Below, piece by piece: positions 1 through 9,246 of a DNA stretch of 64,000 nucleotides; positions within the stretch are counted from its first letter, which is position 1, and each line of letters begins with the position of its first letter. This DNA is from Candidatus Marinacidobacterales bacterium (GTDB lineage Bacteria > Acidobacteriota > Vicinamibacteria > Marinacidobacterales > DATDRI01): the NCBI GenBank assembly GCA_965226495.1, contig OZ245365.1:352001-416000 (forward strand), in the 5' to 3' direction. The notes under the pieces are model-generated. The model did not search any database. It was not told the DNA's origin and was given only the letters and a program-made list of their open reading frames with translations. The position numbers were made by a program, and so were the translations under genes.

Positions 1-320
1 CCGGGTCTTTGGTGATGTGGGCGTAAACGGTCTTTCCAGCTGTCGTAAGCCATCGCTCTAAAACCCCTTTTACCCAGGGACGTTTATCAATTATGCAACG
101 TCGAGCCGAAGAATGTCTTAGCCGGGAAGCTTGCTTGAAAGCATCCAAGCGAGGCGCTCCACCCACAGCCTGTCACTCGAGGGCAGAGTCCATGTCGAGA
201 TCCGAACGAGTCCCTTGCAATGTCAACCAAAAAGAAGAAAACGGCAATCGAGTCGAGCATTCTCCTAGGTGATGGTCTGGCCTCCCGAGGTGATCGGGTG
301 CCTGGCGGTGCAGACCGCAC

Positions 321-349
321 TTGACATGCCTGGCCTTGTTGGATAGAGT
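321..349 (+). promoter_or_regulatory. sigma70-type promoter of the abiEi-abiEii operon
   Basis: TTGACA (321-326), 17 nt spacer, TAGAGT (344-349), upstream of ATG 387. Confidence 0.75.
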
Positions 350-386
350 TACCAGCGTATATTGTGAATCGCTGGTAACTCTATCC
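341..386. promoter_or_regulatory. 17-bp perfect inverted repeat, probable AbiEi operator
   Basis: GGATAGAGTTACCAGCG (341-357) / CGCTGGTAACTCTATCC (370-386), 12 nt spacer; overlaps the -10 box and abuts the start codon. AbiEi proteins are known to autorepress through promoter inverted repeats. Confidence 0.8.
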
Positions 387-1013
387 ATGGGAAGAAAACC
401 GAAGTCGAGGAAACAGAACGCGTTCGCCGGGGCGGCGAGCGTCTTCCGCGAGCACGGCGGCGTCCTGCGCACGATGGAGGCTGTCCGTCACGGAGTCCAC
501 CCGCGCACGCTCTACGCCATGCGGGACGCCGGGGTGCTGGAACGGCTCGGGCGCGGGCTGTACCGGCTCGCGGACCTCGCGCCTCTCGGCAACCCCGACC
601 TGGTTGCGGTAGCCCTCCGTGTCCCGGAAGGGGTGCTCTGTCTGATCTCGGCCCTGGCGTTCCACGAGATCACGAGTCAGATCCCGCACGAGGTCTACGT
701 CGCCCTCAAGCGGGGTGCAGAACCGCCGCGGCTGGAGCATCCCCCTGTCCGCGTGTTCTGGTTCACGGGAAAGGCCTTCACGGAAGGGGTCGAGACACAC
801 GAGCTGGACGGAGTCAACGTCCGCGTGTACGGAGCAGCGAAGACGGTGGCCGACTGCTTCAAGTACCGGAACAAGCTCGGACTCGACACGGCCATCGAAT
901 CGCTCAGGCTCTTCCTCAAGGAGAAGCGGGGGAGCCCTGACGATCTTGTGCGGTTCGCCCGCGTGTGTCGCGTCGAGAAGGTAATACGCCCCTACATCGA
1001 GGCCCTCCTGTGA
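387..1013 (+). CDS. abiEi: Type IV toxin-antitoxin antitoxin, AbiEi family (wHTH N-terminus)
   Basis: Motifs ERLGRGLYRL, GVLCLISALAFHEIT, KTVADCFKYRNKLG; overlaps the downstream nucleotidyltransferase gene by GTGA. Confidence 0.9.
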   Translation: MGRKPKSRKQNAFAGAASVFREHGGVLRTMEAVRHGVHPRTLYAMRDAGVLERLGRGLYRLADLAPLGNPDLVAVALRVPEGVLCLISALAFHEITSQIPHEVYVALKRGAEPPRLEHPPVRVFWFTGKAFTEGVETHELDGVNVRVYGAAKTVADCFKYRNKLGLDTAIESLRLFLKEKRGSPDDLVRFARVCRVEKVIRPYIEALL

Positions 1014-1930
1014 ATCGCCGGAAGGTGAAGAACGTCGCCGCCTCCATCCGGCAGCGCCTACTCAACGAGGCGCGCACAACGGGCCGTCCGTTCAACGAGC
1101 TCCTCCAGTATTTCGCCATGGAGCGCTTCCTCTACCGGCTGTCGAAGTCGCCTCATGGCGAGAAGTTCGTCCTGAAGGGGGCGCTCATGCTGGCGACGTG
1201 GGAGGTTTCGCTCACGCGCCCCACCAAGGACATCGATCTCCTCCGCCGCGTGTCGAACGACATCGACAGCATCGTCGGCCTGGTGAAGGAGGTTTGCCGG
1301 CTGGAGGTCCAGCCTGACGGGCTCGTCTTTGACTCGACGAGTGTCCAGGGAGAGCAGATCGCTGAAGAGGCCGAGTACGAGGGGGTGCGCGTCCGCTTCC
1401 AGGGGAACCTCGGTACGGCCCGGGTTTCGATGCAGATCGACGTGGGCTTCGGGGATGCCGTGGTACCGGGGGCCGGTGACGACGGACTATCCGACGATCC
1501 TGGACCTGCCGACGCCACGGATTCGCGGGTACACGGGAGAGAGCGTCATCGCCGAGAAGTCCACACGATGGTCCGGCGTGGCCTCCTCAACAGCAGGATG
1601 CGCGACTTCTTCGACGTGTGGACCCTCTCGCGGCAGTTCGACTTCGACGGCGGGGTTCTGGCGGCGGCGGTCCGGGAGACGTTCGCGCGGCGAGATCTAG
1701 AGGTCGCCGCCCGTCCTGTCGCCCTGACGAAGGAGTTCGCGGAGGACACCGCGAAGGCCAGCCAGTGGCAGGGGTTCCTGCGGAAGAGCCGGTTGGAGGG
1801 TGCCCCGAGCGAGCTTGTGGCGGTGGTCGAGGCGATCGCCGTCTTCCTCGGGCCGGTTGCCGAGGCTCTCCATGAGGGACGAGGGTTCGAAGGCCGATGG
1901 GAGGCGCCGGGACCCTGGTCGAACGCTTGA
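1010..1930 (+). CDS. abiEii: AbiEii/AbiGii-family nucleotidyltransferase toxin with an internal compensated frameshift (about 1468-1560)
   Basis: ASIRQRLLN, YFAMERFLYRLS, FVLKGA, RPTKDIDLL, QIDVGFGD, NSRMRDFFD; the conserved YPTILD...ESVIAEK block lies in another frame. Confidence 0.85.
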   Translation: MNRRKVKNVAASIRQRLLNEARTTGRPFNELLQYFAMERFLYRLSKSPHGEKFVLKGALMLATWEVSLTRPTKDIDLLRRVSNDIDSIVGLVKEVCRLEVQPDGLVFDSTSVQGEQIAEEAEYEGVRVRFQGNLGTARVSMQIDVGFGDAVVPGAGDDGLSDDPGPADATDSRVHGRERHRREVHTMVRRGLLNSRMRDFFDVWTLSRQFDFDGGVLAAAVRETFARRDLEVAARPVALTKEFAEDTAKASQWQGFLRKSRLEGAPSELVAVVEAIAVFLGPVAEALHEGRGFEGRWEAPGPWSNA

Positions 1931-2509
1931 GGCCTCAGGCAGGATTCAGGCTTCGACCGGGACAAGATCCTGCAGGAGCCCGAGGACGGCCTTAACCTGC
2001 GCGTCCGAGTCGTCGAAGGCCAGGACTCGCCCTTTGCATGCTCAAAAACCCGCCCCCTCCAAAGCACGGCGGGCCAGGCTTCGAGAGTCAGAGCTCCCGT
2101 TCATCGATAGTTCTCCACCAGCTTGAGGTCGCTCACCTCTTCACTCTCCTGCCGGGTGATGGATAGGAAAAAAGGATGGGAAAATTCATACGCATCCGAG
2201 CGCCGGCCCGCAAATTTCCCCCACCAGAATGGTGCTGTGCAGTCCGAGTGAGTCCTGGTGAGGGCAGCGGAACTCGAGCAAACGGGGCAAGGCGGTTGAG
2301 AAGTGTCTCCCGTCGGGGGAGTTGGGTGTTGAAGAAACACTCCGGCCGTCTCGTGTCGAGGTATCGGACAAGTGGCGTGGTCGGAGTGGGTGTGAGGTCG
2401 ATTCCGGTAACGGTTCCGGGCTTCGGTAATTCGCGTCCAGGTCGGGGCTTCGACCCTGCCCGCACCCTTTGTTTCTGTTTCCTCTACCTTGTGACCACTG
2501 CCCCGGTGG

Positions 2510-3430
2510 TCAACGAGCAGCCTGCCAAGTGTCCACGCACCCCTTGTAATTTTCCGCGATCGTTTCGATCGCCGCGGACTCTTGCTTGGGATCTTCGAGA
2601 AAACGCTTGAGGGGAGCGCTGAAGTTGGTGCGGCCGACGGCGAACCCGATGAAGCCGGGAACCGGTGAAGCGACCTGTAGCCACTTGTGGACTTGCTCTT
2701 TGTCGGAGCCGCGCCCCAGGATGATGCAACCGACTCTCTTGCGCGCTTCACCGACGCGCGCTTGTTCCGAGACCGCCTCCGCCTGCTCGCGCCGGTCCAG
2801 ACCTTCCACCTTCCAGATGTCCGGCTCGACACCGTAATCTTGCAACACCTTCACCGCCTCGACCATGTGGCCGGGGCGGAGCTCGGAATCGTAACGGTCC
2901 CCCGCGTTCTTGTCCTCGTCGGTGGTGGCGGGGACGAGAAGCTCGAACATCAAGTAGTTATCCTCGGTGCTATGAACATAGTCGGACAGAATCTTGAGAC
3001 GAGCCATCTGTTCCCGATTGACCACCGGATCGTCCTTAGGGTGAAACCGAACCAAGACCTTGACGATGTCCGGAGCGATAAAACGAATGTGATCTTCCCA
3101 TCGAGCGCCATACTCGAAGTCGAAAACGGGTTGGCCACTTTTTTCGACCGCCACCGCCACCGGGATTCCTTTGGACTTGGCGTCCGCGAGGATGTGACTG
3201 CCGAACTGGGCGTCTACCAGAATACCCACGTTCTCCGGAGATACGCCCATGTCGATGGCTCTCAACAGGCCTCGGTAGACCAGCGTCTTGGCCTCCGCCA
3301 CTTGGATATGTTGCTCGGTGTCGTGGGTGATGGTCGGGGCGCCCTTGAATCCGAAGTAGGATTTGGTGAAGCTCCCGCGGTGATCAAAAGGTTGAACGAA
3401 CAAAGGGCGGTCGTATCCGATCTGTTTCAT
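2510..3430 (-). CDS. DUF2090 / IolC C-terminal-like class I aldolase-fold protein
   Basis: PFDHRGSF, KVLVRFHP, FELLVP, PDIWKVEG (putative Schiff-base Lys), ILGRG, GFAVGRT. Confidence 0.8.
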   Translation of the reverse strand: MKQIGYDRPLFVQPFDHRGSFTKSYFGFKGAPTITHDTEQHIQVAEAKTLVYRGLLRAIDMGVSPENVGILVDAQFGSHILADAKSKGIPVAVAVEKSGQPVFDFEYGARWEDHIRFIAPDIVKVLVRFHPKDDPVVNREQMARLKILSDYVHSTEDNYLMFELLVPATTDEDKNAGDRYDSELRPGHMVEAVKVLQDYGVEPDIWKVEGLDRREQAEAVSEQARVGEARKRVGCIILGRGSDKEQVHKWLQVASPVPGFIGFAVGRTNFSAPLKRFLEDPKQESAAIETIAENYKGCVDTWQAAR

Positions 3431-3608
3431 CTACTTATTCCTTCTCAAGAAAGTGTGGCCCGTTTCCTCGGCGACGAAGACGTTTCCCTTGGGATTCTCC
3501 GGTGGGCCTGGCGATAAAGAGGATAGAACCTCGAATACGAAAGCCAGGCGGCTGCCCGAGAGCGGAGCATAGTGTACGTCCGGGAGGGAGCCTCCCGCAA
3601 GAAGGAGT

Positions 3609-4649
3609 CTAATCCTCGCGGGAGACCACTCGCGGGACCGCGGTCCCTACGTCTAGCGAGGAGCGCGCGGTGTCGACGGTTTCCGAAAGGTGCCTGGTTC
3701 GCCGCTCCGCTTGCTCGAGGTTGTTGCGAGCGAGCCCCAGATGGCGTCCCAACTTGGCCATCTCTTCTTCCAGCTGTCGGAGCTCGATCGCGATCTGTTC
3801 CAATCCCGCGAGGAGCCCCCGAGCCTGGGCAGGAACGGCCGCGCTCCGCGAACCCAACAGAGCACTTTGGAGGAACGCGTAGAGTCCGAGGGGACCCATG
3901 GGAACGACACGGCGCGAGATCGCGTATTCCGCGAGCTCCCACTCGCCCAAGATGGCCTGCTGGTAGACGTTTTCTGCCGGCACGTAAAGAAACGCCATCG
4001 GGAGCGTGCCCTCTCCCGGCAAGATGTACTTGTTCGCGATCGCGTCCACATGCTTCCGGAAATCCCGTGCGAAAGCGCGGAGAAATGCGTCCCGCTCGCT
4101 GGCGGGCGCCTCGTCGGCGCGCCTCAAGTTCTCGAGAGGAAACTTGGCATCGATGGGGAGGAGGTTCTCACCGACATGTACCGCAGCGTCGACTCTCTCC
4201 CCACTCTTGAACGTGTACTGGAGCTCGAATAGGGTCGGAGGGAGCACTTGGCGCATTATCTCGGCGAGAAGGACCTCGCCGAGTACGCCTCTCAGTTTGG
4301 GAGCGCGAAGAAGATTCTCGATGCCGGCCACCGTTTTTCCGACCTCGAGGACGCGCTCGGTAGCTTGTTCGAGAACGCCGAGTTGCTGGCGGACGTCGGC
4401 CACGCTGGTCGATGCTCGGTCCAGCCGATCGCCCATCGTTTCATGGGCTTGTTCGAGCTGTGTCGATTGATGCTGCATATAGCCGGCAAGCTCGGATCGG
4501 AGAGCATTGAGCTGTTGCTGGAGGAGAGTGATGCCCTCCGACGATCCGCTCGGTCGCCGGGCCCTTGCAAAGAAGAACAGGGCCACCGCCAGGGTCACTA
4601 ACGCTGCTGCTACGACGAGCGCTGCCAATAGGGCGATTTCCAGGCTCAC
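3609..4649 (-). CDS. rmuC: DNA recombination protein RmuC
   Basis: N-terminal TM helix, coiled coil, RGVLGE, QYTFKSGERVDA, IDAKFP, KYILPGEGT, YVPAENVY. Confidence 0.9.
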   Translation of the reverse strand: MSLEIALLAALVVAAALVTLAVALFFFARARRPSGSSEGITLLQQQLNALRSELAGYMQHQSTQLEQAHETMGDRLDRASTSVADVRQQLGVLEQATERVLEVGKTVAGIENLLRAPKLRGVLGEVLLAEIMRQVLPPTLFELQYTFKSGERVDAAVHVGENLLPIDAKFPLENLRRADEAPASERDAFLRAFARDFRKHVDAIANKYILPGEGTLPMAFLYVPAENVYQQAILGEWELAEYAISRRVVPMGPLGLYAFLQSALLGSRSAAVPAQARGLLAGLEQIAIELRQLEEEMAKLGRHLGLARNNLEQAERRTRHLSETVDTARSSLDVGTAVPRVVSRED

Positions 4650-4674
4650 GGAACCTTTCAGACTCTCCTTTCCT

Positions 4675-5754
4675 CTACCTTAATAGCAAGAGGACGAGTC
4701 CGGTCACGAAGACATTCAGTAATGATGCCGGGAGTAGCATCTTCCAGCCCAATCTCACGACCTGGTCGTACCGGAGGCGCGGTACCGTCCAACGGATTTG
4801 CATCAGGAGCCAAGAGACCACACACACCTTTAGGGCGAAGGCTAATACCTGGAGTAGCACCACGGCGAGGTGGGGAAGCTCCCACGTCGTGCCCCACGGA
4901 AAAACGAAACCGCTCGCTTCCAAGTAGGGTACTTGCCAACCGCCCAGAAAAAGTGTCGCCGCGACACCGGCCGCCATGATCGACTCCACGAAATCGGTCA
5001 TCATGAACATGCCGAACTTGATACCCGAGTACTCGAGATGGTAGCCGATGATTTCCGATTCACCTTCCGGAGCATCGAAAGGCGTCCGCTTCGTTACCGC
5101 CATCGCCGCGATCAAAAACAGCAAGAACCCGAAGGGTTGAACCAAGATGCCCCATCGCGGAACGCCGTACACGAGTTCTCCCTGGGCGCGGACGATCTCG
5201 TCGAGCGCGACCGAACCGAAGACCATCAGCACCCCGACGATCGTCAGGCCGAGGGTGACTTCGTAGGCGATCATCTGCGCGCCCGCGCGCAGCGAGCCCA
5301 GCAGAGACCACTTGTTCCCGGAAGCCCAACCCGCCAGCACAGTTCCGTAAATACCGAGTCCAGCGCAAGCAAAGATGAAGAGCACGCCGATGTCGAGGTC
5401 TGCGATCTGAAGCTGGATCTCCCGTTCGCCTATCTGCAACACATCACCGAAGGGAATGACCGCGAACGTGGCTAGCGCAAAGAACAAAGAGATAAAAGGG
5501 GCGAGCGGGTACAAGAGTCGGTCGGCCGAGGCGGGAACGAAATTTTCCTTGGCGAGCATCTTGAGGCCGTCGGCGAGCGGATGAAAGAGCCCCAAGGCGC
5601 GGACGCCGAGGATGGACGCACGATTCGCGCCGATCCGATCTTGAATGACCGCACTCTGCTTTCGCTCCACCCAAGTGAGGAAGAGCGCAAAGTTCAAGAC
5701 CGCACCGAGCACCAGAGCGATCTTGGCGAGCGTGATGGTTGTCTCGATGAGCAC
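4675..5754 (-). CDS. nuoH: NADH-quinone oxidoreductase subunit H
   Basis: ERKQSAVIQDRIGANR, ADGLKMLAKE, RAGAQMIAYEV, PFDAPEGESE, RWTVPRLRYDQ. Confidence 0.95.
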   Translation of the reverse strand: MLIETTITLAKIALVLGAVLNFALFLTWVERKQSAVIQDRIGANRASILGVRALGLFHPLADGLKMLAKENFVPASADRLLYPLAPFISLFFALATFAVIPFGDVLQIGEREIQLQIADLDIGVLFIFACAGLGIYGTVLAGWASGNKWSLLGSLRAGAQMIAYEVTLGLTIVGVLMVFGSVALDEIVRAQGELVYGVPRWGILVQPFGFLLFLIAAMAVTKRTPFDAPEGESEIIGYHLEYSGIKFGMFMMTDFVESIMAAGVAATLFLGGWQVPYLEASGFVFPWGTTWELPHLAVVLLQVLAFALKVCVVSWLLMQIRWTVPRLRYDQVVRLGWKMLLPASLLNVFVTGLVLLLLR

Positions 5755-5760
5755 GTGAGT

Positions 5761-7311
5761 CTATGGGGCGGCGGGTTTTCCCGTATCACCGATGTCTTCG
5801 AGGGTTAGATCCGAGAAGGCACTCACCTCTGCCGCCAGCGAGTCGAAGGTTTCATGTGGATCGGCGGGAAGCTGCACGCCCAGACTCTTACCGAGAGCCG
5901 ATGCAATCTCGAGCTCTGTCCGAGCGGCTTCGATGGGGTCCACCGCCTTGTGAAAACGCTGCACGCGACTGTCTATATTGGTAAAGGTGCCTTCCTTTTC
6001 CGCCCAAACCGCGGACGCCAGCGCGACTCGAGCGGTGCCGCCGTCCTTCCATATGGGTGTGATCGCCACAACGGGAACCGAACGCGGTGCAGATCGCAAC
6101 GAATCGACGAACGCCCTTCCCACCACCAGCAAGGACTTCGCCGAGGCCGCCGCCTCACGAACGGCGGCGGCGGGATCCTGGTCTTGAATGACTTCGTATC
6201 CCATGAGCTCGGCGCCCCGTCGGTTGGGAGCGCGCTCGCCAGTGAAAAGGAGGTGGTCGGGCGGCTCGGAGAGTGGGACCCAGCAAATCGCCCTGGTCTC
6301 GTCGCCCAGTAGCTTGCGAAAGGCCCAAAGCTCCTCGTTGGATGCCTCGGCGGAGACGAGCAAGGCGGGACGCTTGGCGAGTATCGAACCGGCTTCTTCC
6401 ACCGCCCACTCCCAACTCACCGACTCCATCTCCTCGCTTTCCTCGGATCGCACCAAGGGTGAACGCAGGCGGTCGGGGGAGTCCACGAATCGATAGCCGT
6501 AGCGGCCGATGTCACACATCCACCACCGATTGACGTCCTTGTTGTAACGGGGCCGGAGACGAAAGACCCTTTTTCCTCCACCATGATGTGGCCGCGCGGT
6601 TTGCCAATCGACGACGATGTTGCAGCCTCGGCTGCAATGTGGACAAACGGAAGGAGTCGACTGAAGGTACCAAGGGCGGACTTGGAAGCGAAAGTCTTTG
6701 TCGGTCAGCGCTCCCACCGGGCAGATGTCGACAACGCATCCCGAATACAAATTCTCGAGTTTTTTTCCTGGGAAAAGGGTGATCTCGGAACGAAAACCGC
6801 GGTCGGACACGCCGAGCTCGTAGCTACGGCTCACCTCGTTGGTAAAACGCACGCAGCGCGTGCAGAGGATGCATCTTTCGTTGTCCAGCAGAACGGTGGG
6901 TCCTATATCGGCCGCCTTACGTTGCTTGAGTTTGCTCTCCGCGAAGCGCGCCTCCTGGCGCCCATAGGCCATGTAGTAGTTCTGTAGGTCGCACTCGCCG
7001 GCAGCGTCACAGACCGGGCAGTCGAGTGGGTGGGACAACAACAAGAACTCCAGAACTCCCTGGCGGGCTTTCTCCACATCCGGCGTATCGGTCCAGACCA
7101 CCATGCCGTCCGCCGCCGGGGTCGTGCAGGCGGTGGTCAATTTAGGTAGCTTTTCGATCTCGACGGTGCAGATACGACAGTTGCCCTCGATCGACAGTCC
7201 AGGGTGATAGCAGTAGCGTGGGATGCGAACGCCTAGGCGATCGGCAGCTTGAATCACCGTCGTGCCTGGCTCGACGGTAATTTCCTCGCCGTTGATCTTG
7301 AGAGTGGGCAT
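5761..7311 (-). CDS. nuoG: NADH-quinone oxidoreductase subunit G (short form, 516 aa)
   Basis: IPRYCYHPGL..GNCRIC, HPLDCPVCDAAGECDLQ, RCILCTRCVRF, DICPVGAL, CPHCSRGC, EKEGTFTN. Confidence 0.9.
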   Translation of the reverse strand: MPTLKINGEEITVEPGTTVIQAADRLGVRIPRYCYHPGLSIEGNCRICTVEIEKLPKLTTACTTPAADGMVVWTDTPDVEKARQGVLEFLLLSHPLDCPVCDAAGECDLQNYYMAYGRQEARFAESKLKQRKAADIGPTVLLDNERCILCTRCVRFTNEVSRSYELGVSDRGFRSEITLFPGKKLENLYSGCVVDICPVGALTDKDFRFQVRPWYLQSTPSVCPHCSRGCNIVVDWQTARPHHGGGKRVFRLRPRYNKDVNRWWMCDIGRYGYRFVDSPDRLRSPLVRSEESEEMESVSWEWAVEEAGSILAKRPALLVSAEASNEELWAFRKLLGDETRAICWVPLSEPPDHLLFTGERAPNRRGAELMGYEVIQDQDPAAAVREAAASAKSLLVVGRAFVDSLRSAPRSVPVVAITPIWKDGGTARVALASAVWAEKEGTFTNIDSRVQRFHKAVDPIEAARTELEIASALGKSLGVQLPADPHETFDSLAAEVSAFSDLTLEDIGDTGKPAAP

Positions 7312-7327
7312 GGGCGCGCTCTTTCGG

Positions 7328-8677
7328 TTACCGGTCTAGCTCGCCACCAATCATATTGATGGAGCCGAACGTCGGGACCACGTCAGCAACCGTCTGTCCT
7401 TCAATCATTCCGCTGAGGCCGGACATCAAGTGAAAGCACGGCCCCCGGCAACGCAGGCGGAAGGGCATATCGGTGCCGTCCGAGACTAAATAGAAACCGA
7501 GCTCTCCATTGCCTCCTTCGACGGCCTGATAGACCTCTCCCTTGGGTGGTCGGATGCCGTGGCCGTACATGACCAGCTTGAAGTGTTGCATGAGCCCTTC
7601 GATGTTTCCGTAAGTGTCCTCTTTCGGAGGGAACACGACCGCTCTATCCTGTACCACGACGCCTTGGACGTTCCTCTTCTCGGTGCCTTCGAGGTCTGGG
7701 CTAAGAGGTATGCGTGCGTCTCGGATCGGTTCCAGCTCCGGCTTCAGTTTCATTTCCTCGATAACCTGGGCCGGTGTCATCTCCTGCCCGTCGAGATCCA
7801 CTTGATACGCGCCTTGCGGCATCTGCGCCAAGCACTGTTCGATGAGGCGGAGGCTTTGCTCCATCTCTTCCATGCGAACCAGATAGCGATCGTAGTTGTC
7901 GCCGGTCTCGCCCACCGGAATATCGAAGTTGAGTCGGTCGTAGACCAGGTACGGCTCGGCCTTGCGAACGTCGTAACCGACCCCAGTCGAGCGAAGGCAT
8001 GGACCGGTGAAACCGTGGCTCACGGCGTCCTCGGCCGAAATCACGCCCAATCCACTCAGCCGGTCTACGAAAATGCGGTTTCGGGTAAGAAGACCGTGGA
8101 CCTCTGCGAGGATTTGCCGGACCTCTTTGATCGCGGCGCGCGCCGACTCTTCGAAGCCCTCCGGTAGATCGGACTTCAGCCCGCCGATCCGGACGTAGTT
8201 GGGCATGATACGGGCCCCGGTGACATTCTCGATGAGATCGTAGAGGATCTCTCGCGCCTTGATCATATAGAGAAAGGCGCTGACTGCGCCGAGCTCCATC
8301 GCGCTGGCGCCGACGCTCGTCAGGTGATCGGTGATGCGGGAAACTTCAGACATCAAGACGCGGATGTACTGAGCGCGCACGGTCACTTTCAGGCCGAAGA
8401 GCTTTTCTACCGTTAAGCAGTAGCCCACCTCGTTGATGAGCGGCGAGACGTAGTTGAGCCGGTCGGCATAGGGTACGACTTGAGTGTAGGTTCGGTTTTC
8501 ACAGGTCTTTTCGAATCCTCGATGCAAATAGCCGATCTCCACGTCCGAACCCACAACCGTCTCGCCATCGAGCTCCAATTGGAGCTTGATGATGCCGTGC
8601 ATGGCGGGATGCGCAGGACCCATGTTGAGGAACATGTGGTCCCGCCTCGGCTCTCGGGAGAACGGCTTCAAGTTCAT
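7328..8677 (-). CDS. nuoD: NADH-quinone oxidoreductase subunit D
   Basis: NMGPAHPAMHG, IGYLHRGFEK, DRLNYVS, GDNYDRYLVRMEEM, GELDR C-terminus. Confidence 0.95.
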   Translation of the reverse strand: MNLKPFSREPRRDHMFLNMGPAHPAMHGIIKLQLELDGETVVGSDVEIGYLHRGFEKTCENRTYTQVVPYADRLNYVSPLINEVGYCLTVEKLFGLKVTVRAQYIRVLMSEVSRITDHLTSVGASAMELGAVSAFLYMIKAREILYDLIENVTGARIMPNYVRIGGLKSDLPEGFEESARAAIKEVRQILAEVHGLLTRNRIFVDRLSGLGVISAEDAVSHGFTGPCLRSTGVGYDVRKAEPYLVYDRLNFDIPVGETGDNYDRYLVRMEEMEQSLRLIEQCLAQMPQGAYQVDLDGQEMTPAQVIEEMKLKPELEPIRDARIPLSPDLEGTEKRNVQGVVVQDRAVVFPPKEDTYGNIEGLMQHFKLVMYGHGIRPPKGEVYQAVEGGNGELGFYLVSDGTDMPFRLRCRGPCFHLMSGLSGMIEGQTVADVVPTFGSINMIGGELDR

Positions 8678-9246
8678 ACTCCGAAAGACTTGAATCGGGG
8701 TTCGGCCGGATAGCGAATCGGCTCGCTGGACATCGAGTCGGGCTCGTCGACGTCTCGCTCAGTAACCAACGGCTGTCGTTTACGAAGAGGGTAGTCCTTC
8801 CTGAGTGCGTGTCCTTCGAACTCCGAGTAAAGGAGGATGCGCCTCATGTCGGGGTGCCCGCCAAATCGAATGCCGAACATGTCCCACGCTTCCCGTTCTA
8901 GCCAGTTGGCGTTCTTCCAGAGGGAAGTAAGGCTTGCGACTTCCGGTTTTCGGCGCGATACCGATGCCTTCAAGCGGAGACGGTAGTTCCTTTGGATCGA
9001 GTACAAATGTACAACGAGCTCGAATCGCGGCGATTTTTCGAGCGGTGTGAGGTCCACGACCGTCAGATCCGTCAGCATATCGAACGCGAGGTCTTCTTTC
9101 AGACTTCGACACGCCTCGAACCACGCATCGGCGGATACAACCACCGTTAACTCGCCACGTAGGGAGTCTCGTCGAACGAGGCGCGGCCCCAGCTCTTCTG
9201 CGAGTTTGTCGAGGGCCTCGGACAACGCGAGGGGAGGTTGGCTCAT
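8674..9246 (-). CDS. nuoC: NADH-quinone oxidoreductase subunit C
   Basis: ANWLEREAWDMFGIRFGGHPDMRRIL, GHALRKDYPL. Confidence 0.95.
   Translation of the reverse strand: MSQPPLALSEALDKLAEELGPRLVRRDSLRGELTVVVSADAWFEACRSLKEDLAFDMLTDLTVVDLTPLEKSPRFELVVHLYSIQRNYRLRLKASVSRRKPEVASLTSLWKNANWLEREAWDMFGIRFGGHPDMRRILLYSEFEGHALRKDYPLRKRQPLVTERDVDEPDSMSSEPIRYPAEPRFKSFGV

Noticed and set aside
1-320. Possible - strand gene start at 53 (MAYDSWKDRL...) and short ORFs
   Set aside because: Too little sequence and no recognisable motif
2101-2832. 243-aa - strand ORF overlapping the DUF2090 gene
   Set aside because: Alternative frame with Arg/Ser-rich composition and no motif
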